Source: Lama glama | Lineage: Eukaryota | DNA: 64,000 nt | Reading direction: 5' to 3' | Assembly: GCA_028534125.1 (NCBI GenBank) | Contig: CM052816.1 | Span: 44,642,001 to 44,706,000 of the forward strand | Part shown: positions 52,911 through 64,000 of the stretch, piece after piece | How the letters are laid out: each line of letters begins with the position of its first letter | Position numbering within the stretch: the stretch's first letter is position 1 | Notes under the pieces: model-generated | Databases searched by the model: none | Seen by the model: only the letters and a program-made list of their open reading frames with translations | What the model was told of the DNA's origin: nothing | Translations under genes and position numbers: made by a program

Positions 52911-53666
52911 CATTTGATGATTTCTAAATAAAAATGCTTTGTATGTTGTTTCTAAGTGAGAAATTTTAACCTAAATAATGTGTTTACCTCTTACCCACGA
53001 AGCTTTATTTATATTAACCAATATAAAGTATACCTTAAGTTAGCACAGTTTATAAAGGCTGTTATAGTTAGCTTAGATTTAAAATAATAGAATTAAGATC
53101 ATGTATTCATCAAATATTTTTAAGCATGCAGAATTATGTTCACAGTTCAATTTTGAAATTAAAGAGAACACAAAAAAGATTGATAGTGAATAAATGTCTG
53201 ACATCCTTTATAACTATTCTTTATTGAAAATTGTATCACTCAATCTATAAAAAGGGCTTTAGAAAACCACGTTCTCAAGTTAAACCTGATCAGATGGGAG
53301 GTTTTACTTGCATTAATAAATCGAATGAACAGTTTTAATTAAAAACTCATGCTATTTTCAAAATAATGCTGAAGAGTAGATTTCTGATCAATTGTAACTG
53401 CCAGATGGGAGATTTTCATAAGCTGTTTTTAATATTTCACTTTCATGAGCAAATCACTTAAATATGCTGCCTACCAATCTCAAATACAAATGCTATTCAA
53501 TCACAGTATTAAAATAATGCAATAACTTAAGTACTTTTCTGTAATTTTTGTTTATAGACTTTAAATATAAGGCATGAAATTCAATAATTGAATTAACAAA
53601 GCTTTTCATCAAATTACTTTAAGTAAATTTCCATAGCAAGCACATCGATGAGGAATTATGACGTAC

Positions 53667-53722
53667 CTGGTCGATAAGTTAACATTGTGCCAAGATGCTA
53701 ATTCGACAAGTGTTGGTGATGA
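53667..53722 (-). CDS. Candidate 56-nt internal exon of an unidentified minus-strand gene
   Basis: minus strand ttttttttttcattgcag|TCATCACC...TCGACCAG|gtacgt: T10 tract, canonical acceptor and donor; one frame open throughout (SSPTLVELASWHNVNLST plus 2 nt); 4 CpGs in about 60 bp; not repeat-like. Confidence 0.55.
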
Positions 53723-53894
53723 CTGCAATGAAAAAAAAAATAATGTCTATGTGTGTTTTCCATAAGATTTTTATTTATATTAAGTTTCAGGAAATTAAGT
53801 TATATTGATATGTATAATTGAATGTGTTAGGGTTAGTATAAAAGAGAAGGGGGAAGCATCGCTCATAAGGGACATTATACATTTATCGAAAACA

Positions 53895-54095
53895 TGACAT
53901 TTTGCTTTTGCAAAGGACTTTGACATTCATTATTTTATCTGATTCTCAAAATATCCCCTTGATGTAAGGAAGCCATTACTTACCTGTTTAAATAGTAAGA
54001 AAACTGAGAAACATAGAGCTTTAAGGTTTTGCTAAACACACAGCACTGATTACAGAGCCCAGGTCTGGAGTCTCCCATGATGGTGTTCTCTTTCA
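53895..54095 (-). mobile_element. MIR SINE
   Basis: ttgcaaaggactttgacattcattattttatctgattctc...gaaaactgagaaacatagag...gagcccaggtct. Confidence 0.7.
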
Positions 54096-54899
54096 GTACT
54101 TATCCTACATTTAGGTAGAGGTAAAAGGGATGACTCTAACTCATATTCCTCAGCTAAGTGTGAAAATAATTAGAATCAAGTAAGGAAAGAATAACAAGAA
54201 TTCATTTTTTACTTTCTCTTAAAGTTCCTCAAGAAACCATAGCATATAACAATTTTTTGTTTTTTTCCTAATCAGGAGAAGAAAAGATAAGCCACAAAAA
54301 GCACTAGCTGCAAAGTGATCAAAAAAAAAATAATCTTTATAGACCAACAATATCAGACGAACCACCAACAAACTAGATGAGTAGTCAGTCACCTTGTTCA
54401 TCTCTAGCTCAGGACTGGGCTACGTCCTTGTTCATTTTGGCTTCATTATTACTCGCACTCTCACTTTTTTGAAGTGAATTGTTCTCAAATCCCCTTGCCA
54501 GACTGAGAAAACGGTTTAAAGGACTTTCATAACAAGCCATGCTAGAAATTTTAGAATTTAGCAGTCACGATGAAGCCAAGGGTCAAATGCAGATCAGGGT
54601 ATAATATACAGTCACAATTAAGAGGGAAGGCATTTAGAGGAAACATCTTCAAAGACATGGGCATGTGTCCAGAAGAAGGTGAATTTGTAAGCTCAGATCT
54701 AGAGGAAAAATACAGAGTATTTTCTGTAGTGGCCTCTTTGTATATTAATGCCAAGGATAGACAAAATATCCTTAAAAGCAACCCTCAGGGAAAGCCAGAT
54801 AAAACAAACACAGAGATTTAAACGATGTCAGCAAGAGTTTCAATCAGAATCAATGAGCTTAAACCCCAAATGACAATTTAATTTTTAAGGCAAAATATC

Positions 54900-55010
54900 T
54901 ATGCTATACACTATACTGGTCACTTTCATATATGTTATTTGATTTTTGTAATATCCTTATGAAGTATGCAATTATATTCCCATTTTACAGGTGAAGAAAT
55001 TAAGACCCAA
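54900..55010 (-). mobile_element. MIR SINE fragment
   Basis: atccttatgaagtatgcaattatattcccattttacaggtgaagaaattaagaccca. Confidence 0.8.
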
Positions 55011-56006
55011 ATATTTGATAGAAGGCATAAGCAGGATAAACCCAAGATTTCTGGAAAGCAATGCATTTGCACTGAATTCCTGGATGTACACCCACAATAG
55101 GACAGATCTGAATATGAAACACATCAGCACAGTTTGCAAATACCAAGAAGTCTCTTTCTGAGAACAGGGGTATAAGCAGTGCCAAGCACTACAGTGCCAC
55201 AGAGCATCAAGGAGGATCTCGGTGGTTCTCTCTGAGGTGAAAGCTAGGGCTTCCTCTTTCCCATTTCATTCATGTCATAAAGAACCCACCTTGAATTCGC
55301 CCTCATCCTGATTCAAAAAGACAACTTGATTACTGTTTGCTGACTCATGCTCCAGGGCTATTATGAAACTAAACAGTTTTTCAGTCAACTCTTTGCAAAG
55401 TATTCTTGCAGTAAATATGTTTGCCATTTTCATACTTTTTTATGGCAAAAACACCTCTAGTTGTGACTATTTCAACTGGTCACTTGATTCCAGTCTTGGC
55501 AATTGCTTTGTACGCCAGTTGTGGTATCAGGATTCTGTTAAGAGACAAATTAAAGAGAATATTATTAATCAAATCAATATTTTTTTCCAGCTGTTCTTTA
55601 CAGGCAATGATGGAAGGATAAGAAAGATAATTTCCTTGATGAATGCTAGCATCTTGCCTTTTTATTGAGAGAAAAGTTAAGGATAAAATAATCAGAGTGC
55701 ATTGATTAAAAAGTCTTAGACTAAGGCACAGCTTATATGAAGTTTGCTATATTGCTTGCAAGGGTTATGAGTCCAATCAAGGAAAAGCAGTAGTCTTCTT
55801 TGGGAAGCCCAACATCTGTGAGTCTGGAAGGCTGACTCAGTAATGTGCATATGACATCAGAAGATTGTCATATAACCATTCTAGCCAAGGCTAAGATTTG
55901 CTTTGGTGTCTAGGGTAGAACTGATTCCCCAGTTAATTACTCTTTCCCGAGAATATAAGCTGATGATGATGTTGCAGGAACATATATCTTCTAAAATATA
56001 TAAAAT

Positions 56007-56620
56007 TTGCTGTTATAAATATTGCTGCTATGAACACTGTGGGGCAGATATCTTTTCAAATTAGAGTTTCCTCCAGGAGCAACCTAAATGTCCATCAACA
56101 GATGACTGGATAAAGAAGTTGTGATATATATATATAAATAATGGAATACTACTCAGCCATAAAAAATAATGGCATTTGCAGCAACACGAATGGAACTAGA
56201 GACTGTCATACTAAGTAAAGCCAGAAAGAGAAATAAAAATTCCATATAACTTATATGTGGAATCTGAAAAAAATGACACAAATGAACTTATTCACAAAAC
56301 AGAAACAGACTCATATAGAAAACAAACATGTGGTTGCCAGAGTTGCAGGGTGCTGTGGAGGGATGGGCCGGGAGTTCAGGATTTCCAGTGCTGACTGCTG
56401 TATATGGAATAGATAAGCAACAGGGTCCTACTGTATAGCACAGGGAACCTTGTAACAGCCTATGATGAGAAGGAATATGAAAAGGAATATATATATACAT
56501 GTGTGTATGCATGTGTAATTGAATCACTATGCTGCATACCAGAAATTGGCACAACGTGTGTAAACCAACTATACTTCAATAAAAATTAATTAAATATAAA
56601 TAAATAAATTGATAAATAAA
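56007..56620 (+). mobile_element. 5'-inverted cetartiodactyl-type L1
   Basis: 56007-56074 is antisense ORF2-end sequence; from 56075 the sense strand reads gcaacctaaatgtccatcaacagatg through the 3'UTR to an AT-rich tail. Confidence 0.9.
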
Positions 56621-56768
56621 AATATGAAAAACCTGATGCAGAGGGCTAAAGAGTAGCAGTCAATCAAAATGGGTCATGATTTCATTATCTGAATAAATTA
56701 GAGGTAAAATAACACCTAGTACAGAATATTCACATACAGTAAAAACCTGACATAACATAGTTAGGATA

Positions 56769-57125
56769 TGCGATAATGATGGCTAAGTATTCACAAAACT
56801 CCCTTTTTCCCTTCTGGGCATACCAGTCAATTACATTTCCTAGTCTCCCTTACAGTTAAGTGGGGCCATGTGAGGTTTTACAAATAAGGTGCAGACAAAT
56901 GCCCCATGCCCTCCATGCTTTCATTCTCTCCCCTCACCTGACAGCCAAGTGCAGTTTCCAGCGGAGGGATCCTAGGGATGGCAGAGCCACTGAGTGAAAG
57001 GAACCTGGATCCCCTCAATCCATATAGAATAGAAACACAAGCAAGAAATAAAGTTCTCAGTGATTTAAACCACTGTGATGTGCACTTGGTTTTGCATATA
57101 GCAATTCCTAGCCTGTCCAGCACAG
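56769..57125 (+). mobile_element. MaLR LTR (MLT1H/I-like)
   Basis: ttacatttcctagtctcccttacagttaagtggggccatgtga...gatggcagagccac...ggaacctggatccc...gaaataaag...ttaaaccactgtgat. Confidence 0.8.
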
Positions 57126-58039
57126 CCTCATCTTTATCACCCAACAACTGTTAAGTCTTCAAGACTCCTAACCTCCCTGATTTCTCTCTCGCTCTTAATT
57201 TTGAGGAAACAGTTTGTGTGCCTTCTCAGATTCTCTTGACTACCTTTTTCTTTCTCTCCTTTGGTCAGGTATGCATCCATATCAGGTCACTCCTCCCTTT
57301 TTGGACTTGTATGAAATAACACTCTTTAGAATAAGCAATCTCTCTTCCTGAGGGTCACCAAGGGGTCAGATGATGTAACCCAGTTATATAAAGGTAAAAA
57401 CTCTCCATGGAGTTTAACCAATAGGTAATTTGAGGAGACAGACTTCTCCTTTCTTTCTCCTAGGTGTGATTTATTCTTACCACGCTTCCCAAGAAGGTCT
57501 ATGTGCTAAGTGAACACATCCACTAAGTCATCTACATATCTCTTAGCGACTCATCATGCAATGAAGACCAGTGTTGTAAGATAATGCATTAAGTTGCTTT
57601 GTAACTTTTCTTGCATCACTAGCATTTTCCTTCTTACTTCAGATGCCTTGCATCTTTCAAAAAAAAAAAATAGCATCTCACTCCTTACCTCTCTCTATTT
57701 ACTTTTACTCAGCATAAGTCCTCATCCAAGTAGACAAACCCTTTGAAGTCCAAGCACTTACCATCATTTCTGCCCCAGGGAAGTTTCAAAATGAGTTAAC
57801 CTTCTTAGCATACAGCTGAATACCAGAAAAAATTAATAGAACCTAAAATCAGGTATTATTGGTATAATTTCATTATGTTATTATGATTTCCTCAAGATCA
57901 GAAATAACTATATTCCAAATTTAAATGAAACACATTTCAAAGTCAAATATTGGCCATGTGAGTTTTATAAGGAACATTTGCTCTCTTCCACCAATTCAGA
58001 TGGTCAATAGCTTGTGCCATATAAAAAGAAAATAATCCA

Positions 58040-58232
58040 TTTCTTCTTTATTAGGCCAACTCCAGGGCATTTCCTCACATAATTTTTACCATTGTCCCAT
58101 AAGGTAGGTGTTACTATCCTCATTTTCTGCAGAGAAAACAGAGGCTCAGATGTTTGAAAAGTTTGCATAAAATCACTTAAACCATCAGTTACTGAGATAT
58201 AATCCACACTCAGAGTTGACATCCAAGTCCAC
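58040..58232 (-). mobile_element. MIR SINE
   Basis: cccataaggtaggtgttactatcctcattttctgcagagaaaacagaggctcaga. Confidence 0.8.
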
Positions 58233-58509
58233 GAAGATTTAAAAGATACGTTTACATTTATAAAGTACTTTTGAAAAAAAAGCAGAAGTATCTACGTTAT
58301 TTTGCTAAGGTGAACTCTTGTAATATATAGGATACCATAAAGAATACCAAAACAGTAAGTTACCCCCCTCTGAACTGAAAGAATTAATTCAACTTTTGGA
58401 AAGCAACTTTAAACTAAAGCACAGTTTCTTCAGTAAAAAAATTCTGGCATACTTAATCAAGTAACAGATGCCATCTCAACAAACACAAAATATAAGAGCA
58501 TTCTTCTTT

Positions 58510-59640
58510 CACTGGGCATTTGGCAACTTGTGAGAGAAATCAGGCAGCTGGGTCATAGCATAGTAAATTATTTAAAAGTCAAATATGCTCACCTCACACC
58601 ATATGTTGAAACAAATTCCAGATGTAGTACTGAAAAGTTTAATATTTTGAAAATCAAGCCAAATAAAACGAAAATAATATTGAATACTTATCAAACCAAA
58701 AGACAAAGAAATCATTTTCTGTGCTATGAATTTAGAAAAGAATACACAAAGGAAAGTAACAAATGTTACCATAACATTTGAAATGTTAATACTAAAACAA
58801 AAACAAAAAGTGACTGCGAAATTTTTCAGCAAACATGGCATGGAATTAAAAGCTTGATTATATTTGTATGTGTATAAAACATGGAATATTCAAACTCCTG
58901 ATAGAAAAGTCACTAGGAATATAACAGATAGACTGGCAAGAGCTTAAACAGATAATTAACATCAAAAAGAAAAACAGTATCAGATGTAAACTTGAAAATA
59001 TTTAAACCCTCTAGTAGCCAGAAAATATAAGTTAAAACAAATACTATTTGACATGCAAAACAACAAAAATAGATAAGTAAATAAATGCCAAAAATGCTGG
59101 TACAAGTGCAGTGAATTGACCATCCCATTCATTCCTGATGACAACTTAAATTGGTACAATTCTTCTAGAGAGCAATTTGGCAAACACCGTGTCAAAGTTA
59201 TTCCCATTATTCATAGTCCAAGGAATCTAGCCTAAGGAAATCAGCAAAAAATACGGACAAAGTTAAATATAGGAAGGCCCAGTATTACACAGGACAAACA
59301 GAAGCAATTCGCTGTCTAACAGTAAGGGAATGCTTTAGGATATCTTCATAGATCTACTGGATACAATATCTGGCTGTTTTTAGAATGTTAACTGTAAAGA
59401 CTGTTGAAGAAATGGAAATTAAGTATTTCCTGAAACAAAATTATGTGGCTCTATGCTTTTTAATTATTTATTATTATTATATTATTATTCTAAGTATCTT
59501 TTTAAATGCTTTCTTTAAAACTAAGTAGAATACATTAAAATTCTAATAGTAGTCGGATTCATGGATGCACTTTTTACATTTGTCCTGATTTTCAGATTTT
59601 CCCTAAGATCAGTTCTCTACATCTACATTTTTGTAAGGAG
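58510..59640 (+). mobile_element. Old L1M ORF2 3' part and 3'UTR
   Basis: cacctcacaccatatgttgaaacaaattccagatg; aaattggtacaattcttctagagagcaatttggcaa; aggaatctagcctaaggaaat. Confidence 0.8.
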
Positions 59641-59996
59641 ATTTATATATCAAAACGGTTAGGAAAAAACATGCCTGAACACTGGGATAAGAAACAGCAT
59701 GATTGAGATAAATAGGGACAGACAATAAATGTCAATAGCAAATGGTTTCTAAGTATTGCCTCTTAACCAGCTGGATTCATATACACCTGCTGATTCCAGT
59801 AGGACACGTGTATCTGCTGAGTGAAGGAATCATCTAAGTTAGAGAACATAATTAGGTCTAACCCCTAACACTCAGAAAATATCACTATCATGGTAAAATA
59901 TGACTAAACAGAGCATTGTGATGCAAGCAGCAAAAGTAAGTAATACAGCAAGTGATTTATGTTGAATTTATCTATATCACCTGGTGTTCTGTACAC

Positions 59997-60082
59997 TTTT
60001 TTTTTAATGGAGGTACTAGGGACTGAACCCAGGATCTCATGTATGTTAAGCATGCACTCTACCACTGAGCTACACCTTCCCC
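59997..60082 (-). mobile_element. Camelid tRNA-Ala-derived SINE monomer
   Basis: reverse complement ggggaaggtgtagctcagtggtagagtgcatgcttaacatacatgagatcctgggttcagtccctagtacctccatt plus A tail. Confidence 0.9.
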
Positions 60083-60199
60083 TTTTCTAAAAACAAATTT
60101 ATTTTATTTCATTATTTTTTATTGGAAAGACTGGGGATCAAACCTGGGACCTCATGCATGCTAAGCACGTGTTCTACTACTGAGCTATACCCATCCCCC
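60083..60199 (-). mobile_element. Camelid tRNA-Ala-derived SINE monomer
   Basis: reverse complement gggggatgggtatagctcagtagtagaacacgtgcttagcatgcatgaggtcccaggtttgatccccagt plus A-rich tail. Confidence 0.9.
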
Positions 60200-60729
60200 T
60201 TCACCTAGTGTCTTGAAGAGTAGTGGCCCCAACTTGGCAAATAGGTGCTTTTCAATAAAGAAATTGAAAAGTTAATTGAGCTGGCAGGTAGAGAGAGAGA
60301 GGGGATACATATAGATAAGCAGGCAGACAGAAGGACAGAAAAAGAAGTATCTCTTAGAGCTCTGTCTAAGTGTTTGTATATAGCCCCACCCCTCCAGGTG
60401 TTTACAACAATGTTTCTTGGCACTACATTACTAGAAACAGCTCTCATTCAACCACAAGCCTGCACATCGCCTGGGCCTCAATAATCAGTATGTGAAAGTC
60501 AAACTGAATTGAACCTGTTGATAAAGCCTGACAAATCTCATAAACAAAAGACAGTAAAAATGACTGATACTAGGCTTGGAACATGTTTATCTCCCTTTAC
60601 ATACAAGCCAAATGTTTTTTAGGACTTAAACGATATCTTGGAAACCAGAGAGTCCTCTGAGTCATCAGTATAGTGGTCTGCTCTCTCCACCCACTCTCCT
60701 CCCTGCCCCTGCTGCCCTCAAGAGAACAC

Positions 60730-60835
60730 CAGTAATAGCTACCATTTATTGAGCCACGTGCCTCCCACGTGCCAGGGACTTTGCATCTGTTACCTCATTT
60801 ATTTCCAGCCACAGCCTTGTAAGGCTGGGGCAATG
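60730..60835 (-). mobile_element. MIR fragment
   Basis: taatagctaccatttattgagcc...gtgccagggactttgcatctgttacctcatttatt. Confidence 0.75.
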
Positions 60836-61074
60836 GCTCTCGGAGGGCTATCCGCAGCTCTTGAAACACACTAGCAGCAACCCTTTCCTCAATGTGCTCA
60901 TAAGACTAACTGGGCCAGCTCTCAGAAATGCTGTGTGGAGACAATGTGTCAGGATTTATGATCTGCACAGTGATCTTCTCACACATCCTCTAACAGGTGA
61001 TCAAAGAAAACATGCAAACCCAGAAATGAGGGGTAGATCGTGTTAGCAGAAAGAGAACAAGCCTCAACGTCATG

Positions 61075-61210
61075 AGCACAGTTAAATGTGTTCTCGGTTC
61101 ATGGTTCTGCTGTTCACTAGTTGAGCAATCTTAGTTACGTCACTGCAACTCTCCAACTCTCCACGCCTTAGTGATCTCATATTCTCAAATCAGAATGACC
61201 ACCATTTTAG
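61075..61210 (+). mobile_element. MIR fragment
   Basis: ggttctgctgttcactagttgagcaatcttag...tcactgcaactctc. Confidence 0.5.
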
Positions 61211-61639
61211 TAAAGGCTTTTTTAAAATTTGAACAGAAATCGTATCAGACATGCTTAGGCAACCCCAGTTGTACAGGGATATTGTTGGAAATGTAGCTAA
61301 ATTTCCTCAGAATTTTGGACCAGAAACTAGAAAGTTTTCAGGAACATGAATAGCCCCTTTCTGAGGCAGACACTCCAGAAAACACCAGAAGGTCTACATT
61401 TAAACCCTCATTTCACCAATTAGTTGTCTCATCACTTAAACTAATTTGGTAATAGTGCTTAACACAGTATGTGGCCCAAGGTAGTCATTCAATAAATAGG
61501 AGCTATTTTATCATTATTTTACCGTCAGGATTAATTCAGTAATAATCCAGTAAATATTGGTGATATATTTACTCCACAGAGGTGTGAGAATATATTTCAT
61601 AAATATACAAAAGCAGTCTAGAGAAATTACTGAGTTTCA

Positions 61640-61825
61640 GCTCTTAGGGAAGTCTGCTTGAGTTCCAATTCCAACCCTACCACCTATTAACTACTTGACT
61701 TTAAGAAAGTAACCAAAGATTATGATAACACATTTGCTTAACGGTGAAGATTAAATGAGATAATATGTATACAACGTTTACATTGATACCTGGTCAATTT
61801 AAATTAAATGTTCAAAAAGTATCTG
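61640..61825 (+). mobile_element. MIR SINE
   Basis: ctgcttgagttccaattccaaccctaccacctattaactacttgacttt...gtgaagattaaatgagataatatgtat. Confidence 0.75.
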
Positions 61826-62057
61826 TTACAAAACTGTTGTTTTAAAAAGTTTGTGTTTAGGAATAAAAAATTCTAGGTAAACTAAAGGGATAGAAAACAT
61901 GAAAGAAATCCAAATTAGTGGGACAACTACAACAAAGCAGCATTTAATGGGAAAACTCGACCTTACTTCGCCCCTAGTCTGTCCTTCTTGTATTTCACTT
62001 TCCCTTTTCTTCTTTCCAGTCATCAGGAATAAAGAAATGACTAGTGACATCACTGAA

Positions 62058-62252
62058 ATAGCTTACCAAACATTCTCGTGCAGCACCAGCACCACTTGGG
62101 AACTTGTTAGAAATGTACATTCTCAGGCACTTCCCAGACTCACTGGATTGGAAGCTCGTTGATGTGCACAGGACACGGGACAGCGGCGACAGGCTGCATT
62201 TCAACAAGCCCTCCACATGACCCTGAGTTATACTCAGGTCAGGGAACATTGC
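62058..62252 (+). mobile_element. MER5A (hAT-Charlie MITE)
   Basis: gcagcaccagcaccacttgggaacttgttagaaatgtacattctcagg...gcatttcaacaagccctcca. Confidence 0.85.
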
Positions 62253-62385
62253 CTGCATATTAGAATCACCTGCGGAAATTAAAATATATATATATATCTA
62301 TATTGATGTCAGGGCTCTATCCTAAAACAGTTGAATAAAAATCAATGAGTAGGGGGTCAGGACAGCAATAGAGATATTTTTTAAA
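62253..62385. mobile_element. MER5A1/MER5B-like fragment
   Basis: ctgcatattagaatcacctg...ttgatgtcagggctctatcc...gggggtcaggacagca. Confidence 0.65.
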
Positions 62386-63363
62386 TACAACAAAAACTTT
62401 CCCCTACAGTCAGAAAGACAATCACTGCAATAATCCATTCCACACAATCATAGTGCAGTGGCTCCAAGGCCATCACCTTGGATGTCTCTGAAAAGCATGA
62501 GGCTGGAGGTGGAGCTGGTTTTAAGTATCTCCAAACCTCATATTATAGATACTTGAACACTAAGATCTCCCCTGATCTCATTTCAGGGTTAACGCTTCCT
62601 CATGTGCATCTGATCCCATAAGGGAAACAGTTCTTAGATCTTTCATTCCTACTGACAGAAATCTCAGCAACCCAGAAGAAGATTTTTAAGCAAAATTTTA
62701 TACATTAGCCAAATGCAATTTCAGACATTGGTCAAATGAGGTGGATAACAGGACAAGGAGGAGGGGATGCTTACCACTGTTTCATTTTAATTACCCAGCC
62801 TATTTTCTCAGCTACAGTGAATTACAGAGCATTGATCATTTATTATATTGAGTGGCATACCTTAATGAATACTAACTCATTTCAAACCTTTTGGCAAACC
62901 CCAGAATGAACTGAACTAACTCTGTATCATTATGAGAACAGCCACTCAGCAGCAGCAAAGGTGCTAATTGGTAAAGTTAAGAGCAGTGAAAACATACCCT
63001 GCAAAGATATTTGGAGGCAGAAAAATGGAAGCACATTATAACATGGCCTAGAATGATAAAATTTCTATTATGTCATACAACAAAAATAAAGCCATTTTAA
63101 TAGACTCATGTCAAAGGACCCATGTCTCCTGCTTTGAAAACAAATGTGCTGGCTTCCAGTCAACATTTCCAGGGCTTACCAGCAGGAGGTCATTACCCTT
63201 TGACAATGTTCAGTTACACAGACATTATCTCCAATTAACAGGTTTTAACTACACGGATTTCTCTCTTATTGAAAATAGTACTTTTTAAAATAAATAACTA
63301 CAGAAATTATTCAGTAATCTTGTCTCATTGCTGGGACTGGAATGATTACATTTACTGCTATAA

Positions 63364-63391
63364 ACACACACACACACACACAAACACACAT
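63364..63391. repeat. (CA)n microsatellite, one interruption
   Basis: CA run. Confidence 0.85.
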
Positions 63392-64000
63392 CTGAGTCAA
63401 GAGAGTACTTTTGGTGTCCCTGAACTCTTTCAAAAGCATGGTAAACAAATATTCTAAATATCCTAATCTGTACATAAATAGTTCATAAAGACATCTTATT
63501 CATCTCAGAAAAACCTCCAAAACAAACAACAACAACAACAACAGAATACAAAAAAAAAAAAAATCCTTCCCTTTGTTGATGTAACCAAAACATTCTGGGT
63601 GTTTCAAATTTGCAAAATAAAGTAAGTACAAAGGACACATTTATCAATTGTAATACATTGTGTTTCTCATCTCACTGCAGAAGGTATTATGGAGTTCTGG
63701 ATGAGGGCCAGAAGCTCAGAGGAGAATTTTTAACACCCTCTCAATAGACACATGTATGGCTTTTAACTACACAGAGTACTGGTCTTATCAGTATATAGCA
63801 GGGAAATGATTGAAATATTTCAGGCGAACTTAAACTTGGTTGTCCTTAGGTAGAAATGAAGCATCATTCTGGGCTGAAACCTCCAATTATGTAAGATAGG
63901 AAGTCACAGAAAGACATCAGATTCGTACACTGTCAGTCTACACGGCAGATGGTAGTGTCTGGCAATGCCTTTTTATAACAGAAAATATTATTATAAAAAT

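Noticed and set aside
1..64000. The 60-113 aa ORFs of the six-frame track as genes
   Set aside because: All are short, many start at non-ATG codons, overlap repeats or microsatellites, and show no family similarity except the two ERVL pol pieces
1..64000. CRISPR array, prokaryotic defence system, intact retroelement or known miRNA hairpin
   Set aside because: Mammalian DNA with no regularly spaced repeats, no long ORF and no miRNA sequence I recognise
1..64000. Repeat orientation bias as proof of host-gene strand
   Set aside because: L1 pieces are mostly plus (fits a minus-strand gene) but LTRs are mostly minus; counts are too small and contradictory

Overview
AT-rich, CpG-depleted mammalian genomic DNA, most likely camelid (alpaca, llama or camel), judged from tRNA-Ala-derived vic-1-like SINEs and cetartiodactyl-type L1 3' ends. 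The window reads as the interior of a very large intron or an intergenic region. Much of it is decayed transposable elements: old L1M/HAL1, L2, MIR, MaLR/ERVL LTRs, a 1.5-kb ERVL pol remnant, Tigger and hAT MITEs, and younger L1 and SINE copies. These are interspersed with repeat-free blocks that may be conserved non-coding elements. No complete protein-coding gene, RNA gene or CRISPR array is present, and nearly all track ORFs are chance or repeat-derived. The best gene signal is a 56-nt minus-strand internal exon candidate (53667-53722) whose host gene I cannot name; it is flanked by an inverted pair of L1 3'UTRs. Other notable structures are a twin-primed 5'-inverted L1, a tail-only retro-insertion with a 16-bp TSD, a SINE dimer inside one TSD, an inverted duplication at a HAL1 breakpoint, a CpG-rich patch with a hairpin and a U12-like donor (~30.9 kb), and a dense Staf/Oct/ETS-RUNX/NF-kB motif cluster (~42.4 kb). 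I found no convincing new biological system. Repeat family names come from remembered consensus sequences and boundaries are approximate.
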